Shown here piece by piece: positions 1-10,338 of a stretch of 63,390 bases of DNA. A model generated the notes under the pieces. The model had not been told where the DNA came from. It did not search any database and saw only the letters and a program-made list of their open reading frames with translations. The stretch spans positions 1 to 63,390 of IMG/VR virus record IMGVR_UViG_3300019458_000008. One strand, 5' to 3'. Made by a program: the position numbers and the translations under genes. The first letter of the stretch is position 1; every line of letters begins with the position of its first letter. The stretch comes from a virus.

Positions 1-123
1 ATGAGTGCTGGTCGATTGATAATAGGCCGCTAGCCATTGCGCGGGTACAGCCCCGGACTGCAATCGGTGATAGCAAGTTCGAGTTCGGATTTGCTGACGC
101 GGTAGCTGCCGGTCAAGTACTTG
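1..123. repeat. terminal direct repeat, copy 1 (identical to 63268-63390)
   Basis: All 123 nt at the left end recur base-for-base at the right end. This fits a circular or permuted assembly overlap, or a short DTR. Confidence 0.95.
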
Positions 124-479
124 TCAAGGATACACCTACATCAACGGGCGCTGACTATGTAGTAATTATCAGGGATACGGACGATGACACGTCCATTGAC
201 CTGGTGGCCGATGGGACAACCCCAGCTGTCGAGTTGGTCGCCGGTACCCACGGTGTCACGTGGACTCTGAATACCTGGCATACGCTGATGATTGCCCTTA
301 ACGAGCAGGATGAAGCGTATTTCTGGGTCAACCACGCGTTCGGTGGCCGCATCGACGGCAACGGTCCGGACAATGATATCACCCTTGGCCTGTGGCTATA
401 TGCCCAGAATAGGACAACCTCTAGTCACCCGCTGCGGGTTGACTACGTTCGTGCCTATGCTGAAAGGGTGGCGCTCTAA
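1..479 (+). CDS. 3' part of wrap-around ORF (starts 62964); virion protein, possible ConA/LamG-like jelly-roll
   Basis: Reading frame is preserved across the 123-nt duplication, giving 260 aa in total. The C-terminal signature ..LRVDYVRAYAERVAL resembles the end of the next ORF. Confidence 0.7.
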   Translation, partial: ECWSIDNRPLAIARVQPRTAIGDSKFEFGFADAVAAGQVLVKDTPTSTGADYVVIIRDTDDDTSIDLVADGTTPAVELVAGTHGVTWTLNTWHTLMIALNEQDEAYFWVNHAFGGRIDGNGPDNDITLGLWLYAQNRTTSSHPLRVDYVRAYAERVAL

Positions 480-1303
480 TGCCTGAGCCAGGGATTCCAC
501 AGCACCTGCATTCACAACCATTTACGCATTACCAGGTGCGTCAAGCATCGACGCCCGGTGATCCGTTGTATCTCTTGCTCGAATCCCTAGCTTTCGAATC
601 GGTCTTCAGTGTTCATGACGATTTCGACCTGGGTATCAACTCCCATCGATGGGTATCATCTGGCTTCAATTGGCAGGAAGATGACTTCTTTGGGTCGGTT
701 GCGAATATCGATGATACTGATGACCTCGAAGCCGATGCGCCCCCCCCTACTGATGCGTATCTATTCAGCCGTGTCAAGGGATGGAGGGCCGGCCGACGTG
801 CAGTCGTCATGGTTCGATTCACCCTTTCTAGCCTTACCGCTGGGAAGCTTGAGATTGGCTTTTCGGAGGACATGAGCTACACGGGCTACGGTGTTGTCGC
901 TAATGTTGATGCCCTGACCAATCACGGTATTGACAACTATGGCTTCACCGTCTGGGACCCGTCTGAGAGTTCATCGCTAGTCTATGCGGTCGCACGGGGA
1001 CATCCCGACGATGGTGAAGCTGCAAGCGGGACTCCACAGGTTCCATTCCGTATACAGGAGACGAGCCCTCGTAGCCGGTCTCATAGTTCGGAACGTACAA
1101 ATACGATCATCACGGCAACGAATGAGAACGGTGAAGTGGCTACGTATATCAATGGCCAGCGAGTCGTCCATGCCCGTGTAACCGGGCCAAACGCGACTGC
1201 TGACATGGGCATCTGGGTACACGTCGGACCGAATAGTGCAACGGGTGCCCCAGTCATGAATCTAGATTATATACACGGGTGGCAGGAGCGTAATGCCCTA
1301 TAG
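479..1303 (+). CDS. virion protein, possible ConA/LamG-like paralogue of preceding ORF
   Basis: 274-aa ORF whose ATG overlaps the upstream TAA (TAATG). Ends ..MNLDYIHGWQERNAL, like the upstream ..VDYVRAYAERVAL. Confidence 0.65.
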   Translation: MPEPGIPQHLHSQPFTHYQVRQASTPGDPLYLLLESLAFESVFSVHDDFDLGINSHRWVSSGFNWQEDDFFGSVANIDDTDDLEADAPPPTDAYLFSRVKGWRAGRRAVVMVRFTLSSLTAGKLEIGFSEDMSYTGYGVVANVDALTNHGIDNYGFTVWDPSESSSLVYAVARGHPDDGEAASGTPQVPFRIQETSPRSRSHSSERTNTIITATNENGEVATYINGQRVVHARVTGPNATADMGIWVHVGPNSATGAPVMNLDYIHGWQERNAL

Positions 1304-1380
1304 AGCGGCTGCCAACCATTAGTCTTTGCCCCTCCTTCAATGATATGTAGGTAGGGAGAATAGATGAAAGGAGAAAGACT

Positions 1381-2022
1381 ATGAGTGATCTCAGGGTTTA
1401 TACCAAGCAACAGGATCCTACTCGTGCAGGCGATGACCACTGGGTTGCGCTACGTGCAGCACGTGATGGTGCGCCAATTGTTCTGCCTTGGCAGACTGCA
1501 CTCGCAATCGAGGGCAAGGTCTACCAGGTTCGTCTCGGTACGATCACCACTCCCCTAACGGGTGATGTGCTTATTACCGATACGGCAGCTGAGTCGGCGG
1601 CTGAGGCTGCTTCGGGGCGAGTTATCGTCCCACTGGCAGTAGTTGTCGAGATCGAGGCCCTTGGTGGTACTCTGCCCCAGGCGGCGTTCAAGTCGGTCGG
1701 TGCGCTTATCACGACCCTCGGTACTGCATTCGTTCCGCTGAACCTCAAGATCGGTGGAGATGCATATAGTGGACGCGCAGCCGTTTCGGCGGCTGGTGGT
1801 GTCACCGTTGCTGCTGAGCTGAACACGACTACTCGTGTAATTGCCAGCAACACGAATGCTGTCGCTGCTGATGGTAGGGGCATCTTGAACGAGCAGTTTG
1901 ACGTTCCGCACGTTCTTGTGGGTCCTGCTTCCTGCTACTTGCAGGTCGGTTCAGTCGCCACAGGATCAACCTACTTCGGTTTCTACAACCTAGCAGAGTT
2001 TACGGAAGCCGAAATCGCGTAA
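1381..2022 (+). CDS. hypothetical virion structural protein
   Basis: 213-aa ORF with AAAGGAG 8 nt upstream of the ATG. Ala/Thr/Val-rich and located in the structural arm. Confidence 0.7.
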   Translation: MSDLRVYTKQQDPTRAGDDHWVALRAARDGAPIVLPWQTALAIEGKVYQVRLGTITTPLTGDVLITDTAAESAAEAASGRVIVPLAVVVEIEALGGTLPQAAFKSVGALITTLGTAFVPLNLKIGGDAYSGRAAVSAAGGVTVAAELNTTTRVIASNTNAVAADGRGILNEQFDVPHVLVGPASCYLQVGSVATGSTYFGFYNLAEFTEAEIA

Positions 2023-2086
2023 GCAATTGGGGGAGAACCGCTCCTCTCCCCCTGTTACAGGTGATACTAGCGAAAGGGGTCTACGC

Positions 2087-2401
2087 TTGCCTATCTATGA
2101 TTTCATCTGCCCTACCGATGGCATGTTCGAGCAACGCGCTAGCTATGATGACCATACGGTGTCCTGCCAGTGTGGTCAGGTTGCACAGCGTAGTGCTGTC
2201 TACTATACGGCTTTCAAGATCGAAGGGCAGTCTATGCCTCAACGAGATGATCATGAGTCAATTGATGCTGAGATGAAGAAGGAACTAAACAAGCGAAACT
2301 GGTCAGCCGATCGAGCGATTGATGAAATGCGAAAGGCCAAGTTCGAAGACGAGACCGGTGCACTTCGTATTGATACCCGAAAGATGTCTTCAGTTGCCTA
2401 G
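2087..2401 (+). CDS. FmdB-like zinc-ribbon protein
   Basis: ORF track gives 2027-2401. The likely start is TTG 2087, preceded by AAAGGGG. The N-terminus (L)PIYDFICPTDG..x..CQCG matches the MPIYEYxC..CxxC FmdB-type pattern. A paralogue lies at 24204-24638. Confidence 0.6.
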   Translation: MPIYDFICPTDGMFEQRASYDDHTVSCQCGQVAQRSAVYYTAFKIEGQSMPQRDDHESIDAEMKKELNKRNWSADRAIDEMRKAKFEDETGALRIDTRKMSSVA

Positions 2402-2413
2402 GATGATGATATA

Positions 2414-3736
2414 ATGGCCAGCATTACCGGTCAGGAAATTCGTGAAGAGCTGGTCAAGTACGGACTCATCCGCCGACTTGGCCAAGCAACCGCAACTGCG
2501 GGCGGAACGAACCGTCTCCGAGATGCTACCCGTCTTGACAACGCTGGGCTAGCATCTACGGCCTACGACGGCTGCTACGTCCGTGCCACCGGCGGTAACG
2601 TTGACGGCGAGCAGGTCATGGTAGATTACCTTGACCAAGATGCTGGTGATCTATATGTAGATCCGGCATGGTCAGTTGCGCCGAATAACTCAACAACCTA
2701 TGAGATTTGGCGAGCAGGCATTGATCCTGATATCGTTGACCGTCTCCGAGACGAGGCCCTCACGTCATATTGCAGTCAATGGCAACCCGTACCCCTATCG
2801 ATCGTTACAAACGCGGGATACCATGACGGTGTGACGAATTGGACAGCGGGCAATAGCGCGACCCGAGCCCAGCAGACCAGCACTTTCCCAACAGAGATCT
2901 GGCCATTCACGATGCTCGTGACCAACAACGGGGCAACCGCAAATGGGCGGATTGCCAGTGCGTCGATATACGCCCTCCGTGCCGAGACCCACTTCTACCT
3001 CTATGTACCGGTGTCTGTTAGAAGCGGCACCGCTCAGGTCATTGTCCGGGATGTAACCAATAGTGTGAACATTAGTCTCAACCAGACTGATACGGAGACT
3101 CGCCGGGGCTGGTCTGGTATCGAAGTCACTGGCCAAGTGCCGGCTACCTGTGATGAGATTCAGGTCTGGCTCGTTGGACAAGAAGCAACCGCTATCGTAG
3201 AGTGGGGGCCAGTCTTCATGCATCCCCAAGAGGCCCGGCGGATGCAGATAGACCCCCGCGTTGATACCAATGATAAGGTAGGCCCAGTCCACACCCTGTC
3301 ATGGTTTCCTACGTCATCGGGCCGGTCTGAAGCCTGGAACGAAGAGCTACCCGATGAGGTATCTGGAACACGGCCCCTCCGTGTCAACGATGCGGTATTT
3401 ATACAGTTCCGCGAGCGGCCAATGCTAGATATCCCCTACTACTATGAGGAGCGGATGTTCTATACAGCTCTCCAGACTGCCTACTTTACGACTGCGAATA
3501 GGACAACTGGTGATGCGGCGACAACACTTTGCTCGCTAGACTACGCGGCCGCTGCAACGGCCCGGGCAATCGCTCTTGAGATGATTGCCTACCATCCCCA
3601 CGAGAAGGAGTTCTATGCCGGCGTTCTGGCAATTGCTGAACAGCGGCTGGGCGTGATGGAGAAGCGTTACGGGCCGGCGCCTAAGCCATCACTTGAGCGG
3701 GCGAGGACACTATCGATCCCATACTTTGAGATTTAA
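2414..3736 (+). CDS. hypothetical virion structural protein
   Basis: 440-aa ORF, tightly packed in the structural arm. Confidence 0.7.
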   Translation: MASITGQEIREELVKYGLIRRLGQATATAGGTNRLRDATRLDNAGLASTAYDGCYVRATGGNVDGEQVMVDYLDQDAGDLYVDPAWSVAPNNSTTYEIWRAGIDPDIVDRLRDEALTSYCSQWQPVPLSIVTNAGYHDGVTNWTAGNSATRAQQTSTFPTEIWPFTMLVTNNGATANGRIASASIYALRAETHFYLYVPVSVRSGTAQVIVRDVTNSVNISLNQTDTETRRGWSGIEVTGQVPATCDEIQVWLVGQEATAIVEWGPVFMHPQEARRMQIDPRVDTNDKVGPVHTLSWFPTSSGRSEAWNEELPDEVSGTRPLRVNDAVFIQFRERPMLDIPYYYEERMFYTALQTAYFTTANRTTGDAATTLCSLDYAAAATARAIALEMIAYHPHEKEFYAGVLAIAEQRLGVMEKRYGPAPKPSLERARTLSIPYFEI

Positions 3737-3741
3737 CTACA

Positions 3742-5934
3742 ATGCCACCAGAGAACGAAGAGATCATCTCCGTCCCACTATTCGAGTCGGCACACAACGG
3801 TTACGGAGACGAGCTGGCCGTTGCGCAACCGCATACCTATAATAGGGTATTCCGAGGTTTCAATGCCCGGACACCAACACGCCTCCAGTTCGGGGACTAT
3901 ATTACCCGACTAACCCACAGCAGTTACAACGGGTTCAATCCAGTCTATGCGACCGAGTGGCTACATACCGACAACTCTACCCCATGTGTCTACTACATTG
4001 CCGGCCATAAGGTCATGCAGATTCGTAGCGGTGCGATCGCTGAGGTAGGTACGAACGCCCTGGCTCAGCTTGCTACGGGTGGTGCGATGCACGACGACGG
4101 GTCGGGTGTCCCGTACCTATATATTGCCGAAGGTTTCAACGGTAATATCCAGCGGATGGCAGTGTCACAGACCATTACAACTGCGACCGGTGACATCGAG
4201 CGAGACAAGCTGGCATCAATATCAGGATACCTATACGGATCCGTCCTTGTGGCTAGTGGTCACTGGTGTGGCATCTCATTCGTACCTCCACTCGCTGATC
4301 CGTTCACCGAGGCTAACTGGGCGCCCACTACGTTTGTTGGTGAGCCCCACTATGATATCAATAATATCGGTCAAGTTCGGGGTATCCCGGTGATCTGTAA
4401 GCCCGAAGGCATCTTCGTCTTCAATCGGTCCCGGTCAATTTGGGAGAACCGAATGCCAGCATGGGAAAAGATGCCTCACCCGGATAACGGGCGGGCTATC
4501 GCCCACCTTGGACCGGCAATCATTGTCTCCCAGGGGCGGGGCGGTGCCGTGATATTCGACGGCTATACCGTCCGGGATTTCAGCCCATACGGTGAGTCCA
4601 TGGTGCCAGGCATCGATACGACGCCACAAACGTTCTCGTGCTTCGGCATTGCCCCTGATGGCCTACTCGCCAGCACAACCGTTAATAATGCGCAGAGCAG
4701 CGGGTCCGGGTTCCAGCTGAACCACAACCGTGTGTTCGGTAATCTGATTAACTCTAAGCTGCGTAGGAGGGGCGGGTCAGATGATGACGGTGCAAGTATC
4801 CTCGGTGCTCGCTTCTTCAAAACTACCGATAATGGTGTCTCATATACTGACTATACAACCCAGGTCAACGATGGTGACTTCGCCACCGGTGCGAACCTCA
4901 ATGCATTGGATATGCAGGCCAACGGTGACTGGTTCATCATTGGCCACCCACAACCGTGGCAGGCCGTATCATTCCTGATGGCCTTCGGGTCCGCTGCCAA
5001 TACGAATGCGGCTACACTGACGGCTGAGATTTGGAATGGGTCAACATGGACATCAATCGCTATCGAAGACTTTACCAGGGTTCGAACAGGGCCCAACTTG
5101 GCCGCCGTTCAAGTACCTGGTCTAATTGCCTTTGCTGCCGATCCCATCGTAGCTGGCTGGCAGGCGGCTACGATGGCTACGATTACTAGCGGAGCTAGTG
5201 CTGATACTCAATCGTGTTATTATGCTCGCTTCTCTACCTCAGCTGCCTTCTCGGCTACTGTTACAATTGCTGAGATCTCCCTAATGCCGTGGCGCCCGGC
5301 GATTGACGTGACAAACTTCCCGGCCGATGGCATGGACAGAGCTGGCGTCTACCCACACCTACTCTTTGGTGCTCCTCGTGACGACGGTACTGGTAAGTGG
5401 CACGACCTAGGTGCAATTATGACTGCCACAGACACGGTTGATGATATCAGCTTTCTACTATACGCTAATGTCGGCGGAAGCTACGGGAATGACATCAATA
5501 AGCTGGTAGCTATCGGCCGCCGGGGAGCATATATTTACGAGATTGGTGGAAACATCTGGCCGTTCATCTCGCCGCAAGGGCTGGGAGAGCTGCCCTTTAT
5601 CCGCCCTGCTCAGGGAAAACTGGTCCGTCTACGCTCGGTCCAGGTACTAACTGAGAATGCTCATGGGGTCAGCAATATATGGTTCTACTACCGTTACAAT
5701 GCCAATGAACGATGGAGCCGTCTATCTCTCGGACAGCGGGGACATGCTACTATCGAAGACCATACGGGACACCTAGGTGGTCCCGACTTTCAGTGGGCAG
5801 TCGGCTACTCAATGACATTAGACACCACTCTCCGGCGGCCGGAGATACTGAGGGTCGAGGCCGACTTCCAGATTATCCCCGATCCCGCAGATGCTCGGCC
5901 ACGCCGGCCAATCGCTACCCCTGCCCGGGGCTAA
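3742..5934 (+). CDS. hypothetical large virion (tail/adsorption apparatus) protein
   Basis: 730-aa ORF immediately upstream of the fibre gene. Confidence 0.7.
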   Translation: MPPENEEIISVPLFESAHNGYGDELAVAQPHTYNRVFRGFNARTPTRLQFGDYITRLTHSSYNGFNPVYATEWLHTDNSTPCVYYIAGHKVMQIRSGAIAEVGTNALAQLATGGAMHDDGSGVPYLYIAEGFNGNIQRMAVSQTITTATGDIERDKLASISGYLYGSVLVASGHWCGISFVPPLADPFTEANWAPTTFVGEPHYDINNIGQVRGIPVICKPEGIFVFNRSRSIWENRMPAWEKMPHPDNGRAIAHLGPAIIVSQGRGGAVIFDGYTVRDFSPYGESMVPGIDTTPQTFSCFGIAPDGLLASTTVNNAQSSGSGFQLNHNRVFGNLINSKLRRRGGSDDDGASILGARFFKTTDNGVSYTDYTTQVNDGDFATGANLNALDMQANGDWFIIGHPQPWQAVSFLMAFGSAANTNAATLTAEIWNGSTWTSIAIEDFTRVRTGPNLAAVQVPGLIAFAADPIVAGWQAATMATITSGASADTQSCYYARFSTSAAFSATVTIAEISLMPWRPAIDVTNFPADGMDRAGVYPHLLFGAPRDDGTGKWHDLGAIMTATDTVDDISFLLYANVGGSYGNDINKLVAIGRRGAYIYEIGGNIWPFISPQGLGELPFIRPAQGKLVRLRSVQVLTENAHGVSNIWFYYRYNANERWSRLSLGQRGHATIEDHTGHLGGPDFQWAVGYSMTLDTTLRRPEILRVEADFQIIPDPADARPRRPIATPARG

Positions 5935-5953
5935 TATTATATAATATTATCGA

Positions 5954-8900
5954 ATGGTAACTGATAGGCACGGCCACACTGTATCTCCGCTATCGCAGGG
6001 GCTACCCTTCGAGCAGCGAGTTCAGCTTGCCCAGAAGATGGCCAGCGGGACCCCCTCCCTTGACTTTGATGATGTCCTCAAGCGAGTCCAGGATCTGGAA
6101 GCGCAGCATCCGCACGATGATGCTTGGGATGCTGATAGTAATCATGTCCGCGTAGATTACGTTGTAGATCCTAACGGTAGCGGAACACATCTGCGAATAC
6201 AGGATGCAATCCAGACGGCTCTAGCAGCTGGTAATCTTGGAGATCACGTTCCCGTAATCTGGCTGGCTCCGGGATCCTATTCAGAAAACCTAACTTTTAC
6301 GGATAATTTCAGGAACCAAGTTGAGATTTGGGCGGCCGGATACTGGGAGGGGTCTCCAGGTACTACCTACGGCACATCTGATCAATACATCCAAAGTGCT
6401 ACTATTAGTGGTTCGATTACCACATCTGGAAGCTGCGTCATTATATTTCGGGGGGTACGATTTAGCTTAGGAACGAGCAATATCGATCTCATTGACGGGC
6501 TAGGTAACGTCAGTCAGGTTACGTTTGTCGATTGTAGCATCGAAGGCGATGCCACAGTATTCCCATCCAATACGGCAGCCTCAACGGTTGTTCGGTTCGT
6601 TCGATCCAAGGCAGAAGCTCTAACCATATTTCATGCAAGCGCAAACCCTGAATGTTATCTGTTTGACAGTGAACTAAACAGTACCACATGCTGGAGCGGA
6701 GCCAGCGGCAGAGATGGTGCCTTCTATATATACAACTCATCAGTCATTGGCGGTATCATTGCAGCTAACAGTGCGACATCACAACTTACTCTTGCAGCGC
6801 ACGATTCTGAAATTGATATTATCCAATACGGCTTTGACCTAGGCAGTAGTTCAATACAGACATGCCGCCTTTTTGATAACTTAATTGGCAGTGCACGGGT
6901 TGCCAATGCCGATGCGATAATCATAGGTAATGATTTTACTGCTACAGCTGCACGTGGACTTTATCTGATCGGTGAGAGTGTCACGTCAACCTTCATGGTA
7001 AGCGGTAATAGGTTCCTCGGAACGAATAGTACGGCAGGCCTGGAACTTACTGGAACATTTGACAGTGACAGTGTAATCGGCCCCAATTATTATGGTCCCG
7101 GTTGCGCTATCAACTATACTGGCGTTACTGACCCGGTTAACTATGAACAGAACTTCATTGGGTTTCAGTATGGTGCTGGACCAACCAGCCTTGACCCTTC
7201 GTTAACGAATGATCGTATCCGGTTCATTGATACATCCACGGTCGTATGGACGAGCCCAGCCGCCGGCCAGATCCAGGCTGATATCGCAGGCGGGGTTGTA
7301 GTTCCAGCAGCCCATAACCTGTTGGCATCAGCAACCCATGGCGACACGGTTACCCAGACGGTCAGCCAGGGGTCGTTGATATATGGGAACAGTACACCAG
7401 CGTGGGATGAGCTTGTGGTTGGAGCAGCAGGCAGCGGATTGTGGACAGATGGAACGGATGCATCATGGACAACTAGTCCGAGGTTTGCTGGATATCTAAG
7501 GGTAGGTTCTGCGTCCGCGCCAACTAACACGACGGCGGGCGATATCACTGGCGAGCGGTTGATACTACCCGATCAGGCTGTGGCGACAAACAACCGTATC
7601 CGCACAACACGGACATTTACACCGTCAGGGGCTTCGTTTCTCGGCGGCACTCTTGTTGCTATAGAAGCCACGGCGACACTTGGGCCGGGGCCGGGGATTC
7701 CATCAGCGCTCTACGCTACTAATACGCTACAACCCACAGCCTCAGGAGCCACTGTCACGTATGCAATGGTGGGGTTCCTTATTCATAATGCTGGCGCATT
7801 TATCGTCCCTGAGATGACGGCCACGCGCTACCTAGCACAGGAGTCTGTCGCAGGTGGTACGGCTACGCTATTACGCGCAGGTTTCTATGAATATCGGGCG
7901 ACTGCTGGTACCATCACCACAGCCGTTGGTCTTGATGTAGCACGTGGAGGTAGCAGCGATATTGGCTCCATAGTCACCGGCATCGGACTTCGCATCAGTG
8001 CTAGTACTGGAGTTACCCCTACCACAGATATCGCTATCCAATCTCTCGGCGGACAACATCGCCTGGTCGGAGATGTCAAGATTGGTGCCAATTCTACCCC
8101 CGGCATTGCTCTTGACGTAACCGGTTCATCATGGATCAGTACCTATCTTCACGTAGGATCACTGGCCGCACCGACGAATACTACTGCCGGTGATATCACT
8201 GGCATACGCTTCTCACTAGACAATACAGCCTTTGCTGCAACAGGTCGCTTCGTCCGCTTGGCTGGTTCTATTACTGCAACAAGCGGTACTGAAGTTGCCT
8301 ATCTTGCTAACCCAACTCTAGAACCTGGGGCTGCTAGCTCTGCTGCCTATCGTTCACTGTACTTTGCAAATATCATTCCTGCTACCGAAGATAACAACTT
8401 TACGGGCCAGATCGCTGGTATATACACAGAGGGCGCCCGAGCGCGTGGTAGTGGCAATCTAACAAACACAACCTTCGGAGGTGTAGCGGGTATTAAGGCA
8501 TTCGGTGTTGTCTTTGATTCTAGTGCAGATGACGCCGGCACAGTAACGCTTGCTACAGGTGTTGTTGGTCTAGGCTGGGGACTGCCATCTGGCACCTTCA
8601 ATACAAAGACAATCACGACAGCTGTTGGTCTCTCAGCTCCGAACCCAGACGCATGGTCTGGCAGCGCAACCCCTGGAACGTACGTTGGCCTGGACATTGC
8701 ATCCTTGACTCGGGCGTCCGTTAATATTGGTATCCGAAATGCGAGTAACACCCTGCTTGGTACGTACCTCCGAGTCGGTGCTGTAGCCGCAGGCAACAAC
8801 GTTACGACCGGAGATATCTCGTCTATCCGCCTATACGTAGGTACAGATGCTGCAATCCTATCCGGTCTATCCGCCCAGGTTGCTGGTCACCTAGGGATCA

Positions 8901-9787
8901 GTAATGAGAATGAACTACGTCTGTACGATTCTGGCAGCTCTAACTACATTGCCCATCGGAGCAATGCTAGCCGGACGGCAAATCTTACCTACGTTTGGCC
9001 GGTCACTGATCCGACCGCAAGTCAGGTCCTATCAGCATCCGCACCAGTGGCGGGCATCGTTACCCTCTCATGGGCAACCGGAGGCGGGGGTGGAGCACCT
9101 CATGCAATCCTCGATGGCGGTACAGCGCATACGGATGCGGCTGCTGACGCTGTAACCAAGGGATCGTTGATCGTAGGTAACACTACACCAGCCTGGGATG
9201 AACTGAATGTCGGTGCCAACAGCGCTGTCCTAGAAGCAGATAGTACCCAAAGTCTGGGCGTCAAATGGACGGTTGCTGTACGCTCAATTATCCTTACAGC
9301 TGGTGGTGCAATGCGTAATACTACGAGCGGTGCAGGACGAACACAGCGTGAAGCAGCAACTAATCTACAGAACTACATAACCCTTGATTATGATGATACA
9401 ACTGCCGAGAAAGCTACATGGGTTGTTTCCCTACCCGATAATTATGATGGTGGTACTATAACAGCTATTGTCTACTGGCGTCCAGCAACACATGCGGCAG
9501 GCGGTACCACTGTTTGGGGAATTAGGGGCCGAAGTTATGGTGATAATGAGGCTATTGATCAGGCTTTTGGTACAGAAGTTACTGTGTCAGATGATTCAAT
9601 TGTTACCGGAAATGTGCATATCACGGCAGCCAGTAGTGCCATAACTTTGGGGGGAACCCCAGCTGGTGGCGAGTTAGCTATTATTGAAGTACGTCGTGCA
9701 GTTGCTGATGCAGCTGACGACCTTGTTGGAGACGCATATCTTATTGGAGTAAAGCTTGAGTACACGACAAACTCATACTCCGACTAA
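5954..9787 (+). CDS. tail fibre / tailspike-like protein with beta-helix-like N-terminal half and internal repeats
   Basis: 1277 aa. Repeated blocks ..VGS(A/L)(S/A)APTNTTAGDITG.. occur three times and GSLI(Y/V)GN(S/T)TPAWDEL.VGA twice. There is a fibre-type segment ELRLYDSGSSNYIAHRS..LTYVWP..ASQVL..TLSW. Confidence 0.75.
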   Translation: MVTDRHGHTVSPLSQGLPFEQRVQLAQKMASGTPSLDFDDVLKRVQDLEAQHPHDDAWDADSNHVRVDYVVDPNGSGTHLRIQDAIQTALAAGNLGDHVPVIWLAPGSYSENLTFTDNFRNQVEIWAAGYWEGSPGTTYGTSDQYIQSATISGSITTSGSCVIIFRGVRFSLGTSNIDLIDGLGNVSQVTFVDCSIEGDATVFPSNTAASTVVRFVRSKAEALTIFHASANPECYLFDSELNSTTCWSGASGRDGAFYIYNSSVIGGIIAANSATSQLTLAAHDSEIDIIQYGFDLGSSSIQTCRLFDNLIGSARVANADAIIIGNDFTATAARGLYLIGESVTSTFMVSGNRFLGTNSTAGLELTGTFDSDSVIGPNYYGPGCAINYTGVTDPVNYEQNFIGFQYGAGPTSLDPSLTNDRIRFIDTSTVVWTSPAAGQIQADIAGGVVVPAAHNLLASATHGDTVTQTVSQGSLIYGNSTPAWDELVVGAAGSGLWTDGTDASWTTSPRFAGYLRVGSASAPTNTTAGDITGERLILPDQAVATNNRIRTTRTFTPSGASFLGGTLVAIEATATLGPGPGIPSALYATNTLQPTASGATVTYAMVGFLIHNAGAFIVPEMTATRYLAQESVAGGTATLLRAGFYEYRATAGTITTAVGLDVARGGSSDIGSIVTGIGLRISASTGVTPTTDIAIQSLGGQHRLVGDVKIGANSTPGIALDVTGSSWISTYLHVGSLAAPTNTTAGDITGIRFSLDNTAFAATGRFVRLAGSITATSGTEVAYLANPTLEPGAASSAAYRSLYFANIIPATEDNNFTGQIAGIYTEGARARGSGNLTNTTFGGVAGIKAFGVVFDSSADDAGTVTLATGVVGLGWGLPSGTFNTKTITTAVGLSAPNPDAWSGSATPGTYVGLDIASLTRASVNIGIRNASNTLLGTYLRVGAVAAGNNVTTGDISSIRLYVGTDAAILSGLSAQVAGHLGISNENELRLYDSGSSNYIAHRSNASRTANLTYVWPVTDPTASQVLSASAPVAGIVTLSWATGGGGGAPHAILDGGTAHTDAAADAVTKGSLIVGNTTPAWDELNVGANSAVLEADSTQSLGVKWTVAVRSIILTAGGAMRNTTSGAGRTQREAATNLQNYITLDYDDTTAEKATWVVSLPDNYDGGTITAIVYWRPATHAAGGTTVWGIRGRSYGDNEAIDQAFGTEVTVSDDSIVTGNVHITAASSAITLGGTPAGGELAIIEVRRAVADAADDLVGDAYLIGVKLEYTTNSYSD

Positions 9788-9806
9788 ACGTAGGGAGCAA
9801 CGAATT

Positions 9807-10337
9807 ATGGTTAATCGATCCCGTATAGCAAAGGCTAATGATGCATCGCGGATACATACCCTACTAACTGACCCACAGCTTCCATTTCCGCCTAATATAA
9901 ATGAAGAGTACGTACGCACTCTAATAAGCAGGGAACGTGATATGTATGTGGATGAAGATCGTAACACCTTTATCCATCTTGCTGTAATGGAAGTAGCCGA
10001 AGAAGTTGCAATCCCCGAATGGCTGCCACAATCTGGAACACCGGAACGTATGTTAAATCTTCTACCCGTTTTAGTACAAGCTACTGATGCTGTTTTGGCA
10101 CGGCTGCCACGAGCCACGACATGGCCTATATATGGGGATTTTCAAATGGCGACATATGATGAATCGGCGGCACTAGCAAAAGCCTGGCGTAATTATCTAA
10201 AGCGGCGTAATGGGAGGCCTATTGTCGCTGTAATGCCCTCGCCACTTAATCCCTCCCATTACGCTCGTGCTGCCTCAACGGTTGGTCAAGTTAACATGGT
10301 AGCACGGGAACTGGCCGTAGCTGGAGGCCTTATATAG
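9807..10337 (+). CDS. hypothetical protein
   Basis: ORF track gives 9756-10337. The in-frame ATG at 9807 has GGGAG 9 nt upstream and avoids overlap with the fibre gene. Confidence 0.6.
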   Translation: MVNRSRIAKANDASRIHTLLTDPQLPFPPNINEEYVRTLISRERDMYVDEDRNTFIHLAVMEVAEEVAIPEWLPQSGTPERMLNLLPVLVQATDAVLARLPRATTWPIYGDFQMATYDESAALAKAWRNYLKRRNGRPIVAVMPSPLNPSHYARAASTVGQVNMVARELAVAGGLI

Positions 10338-10338
10338 G

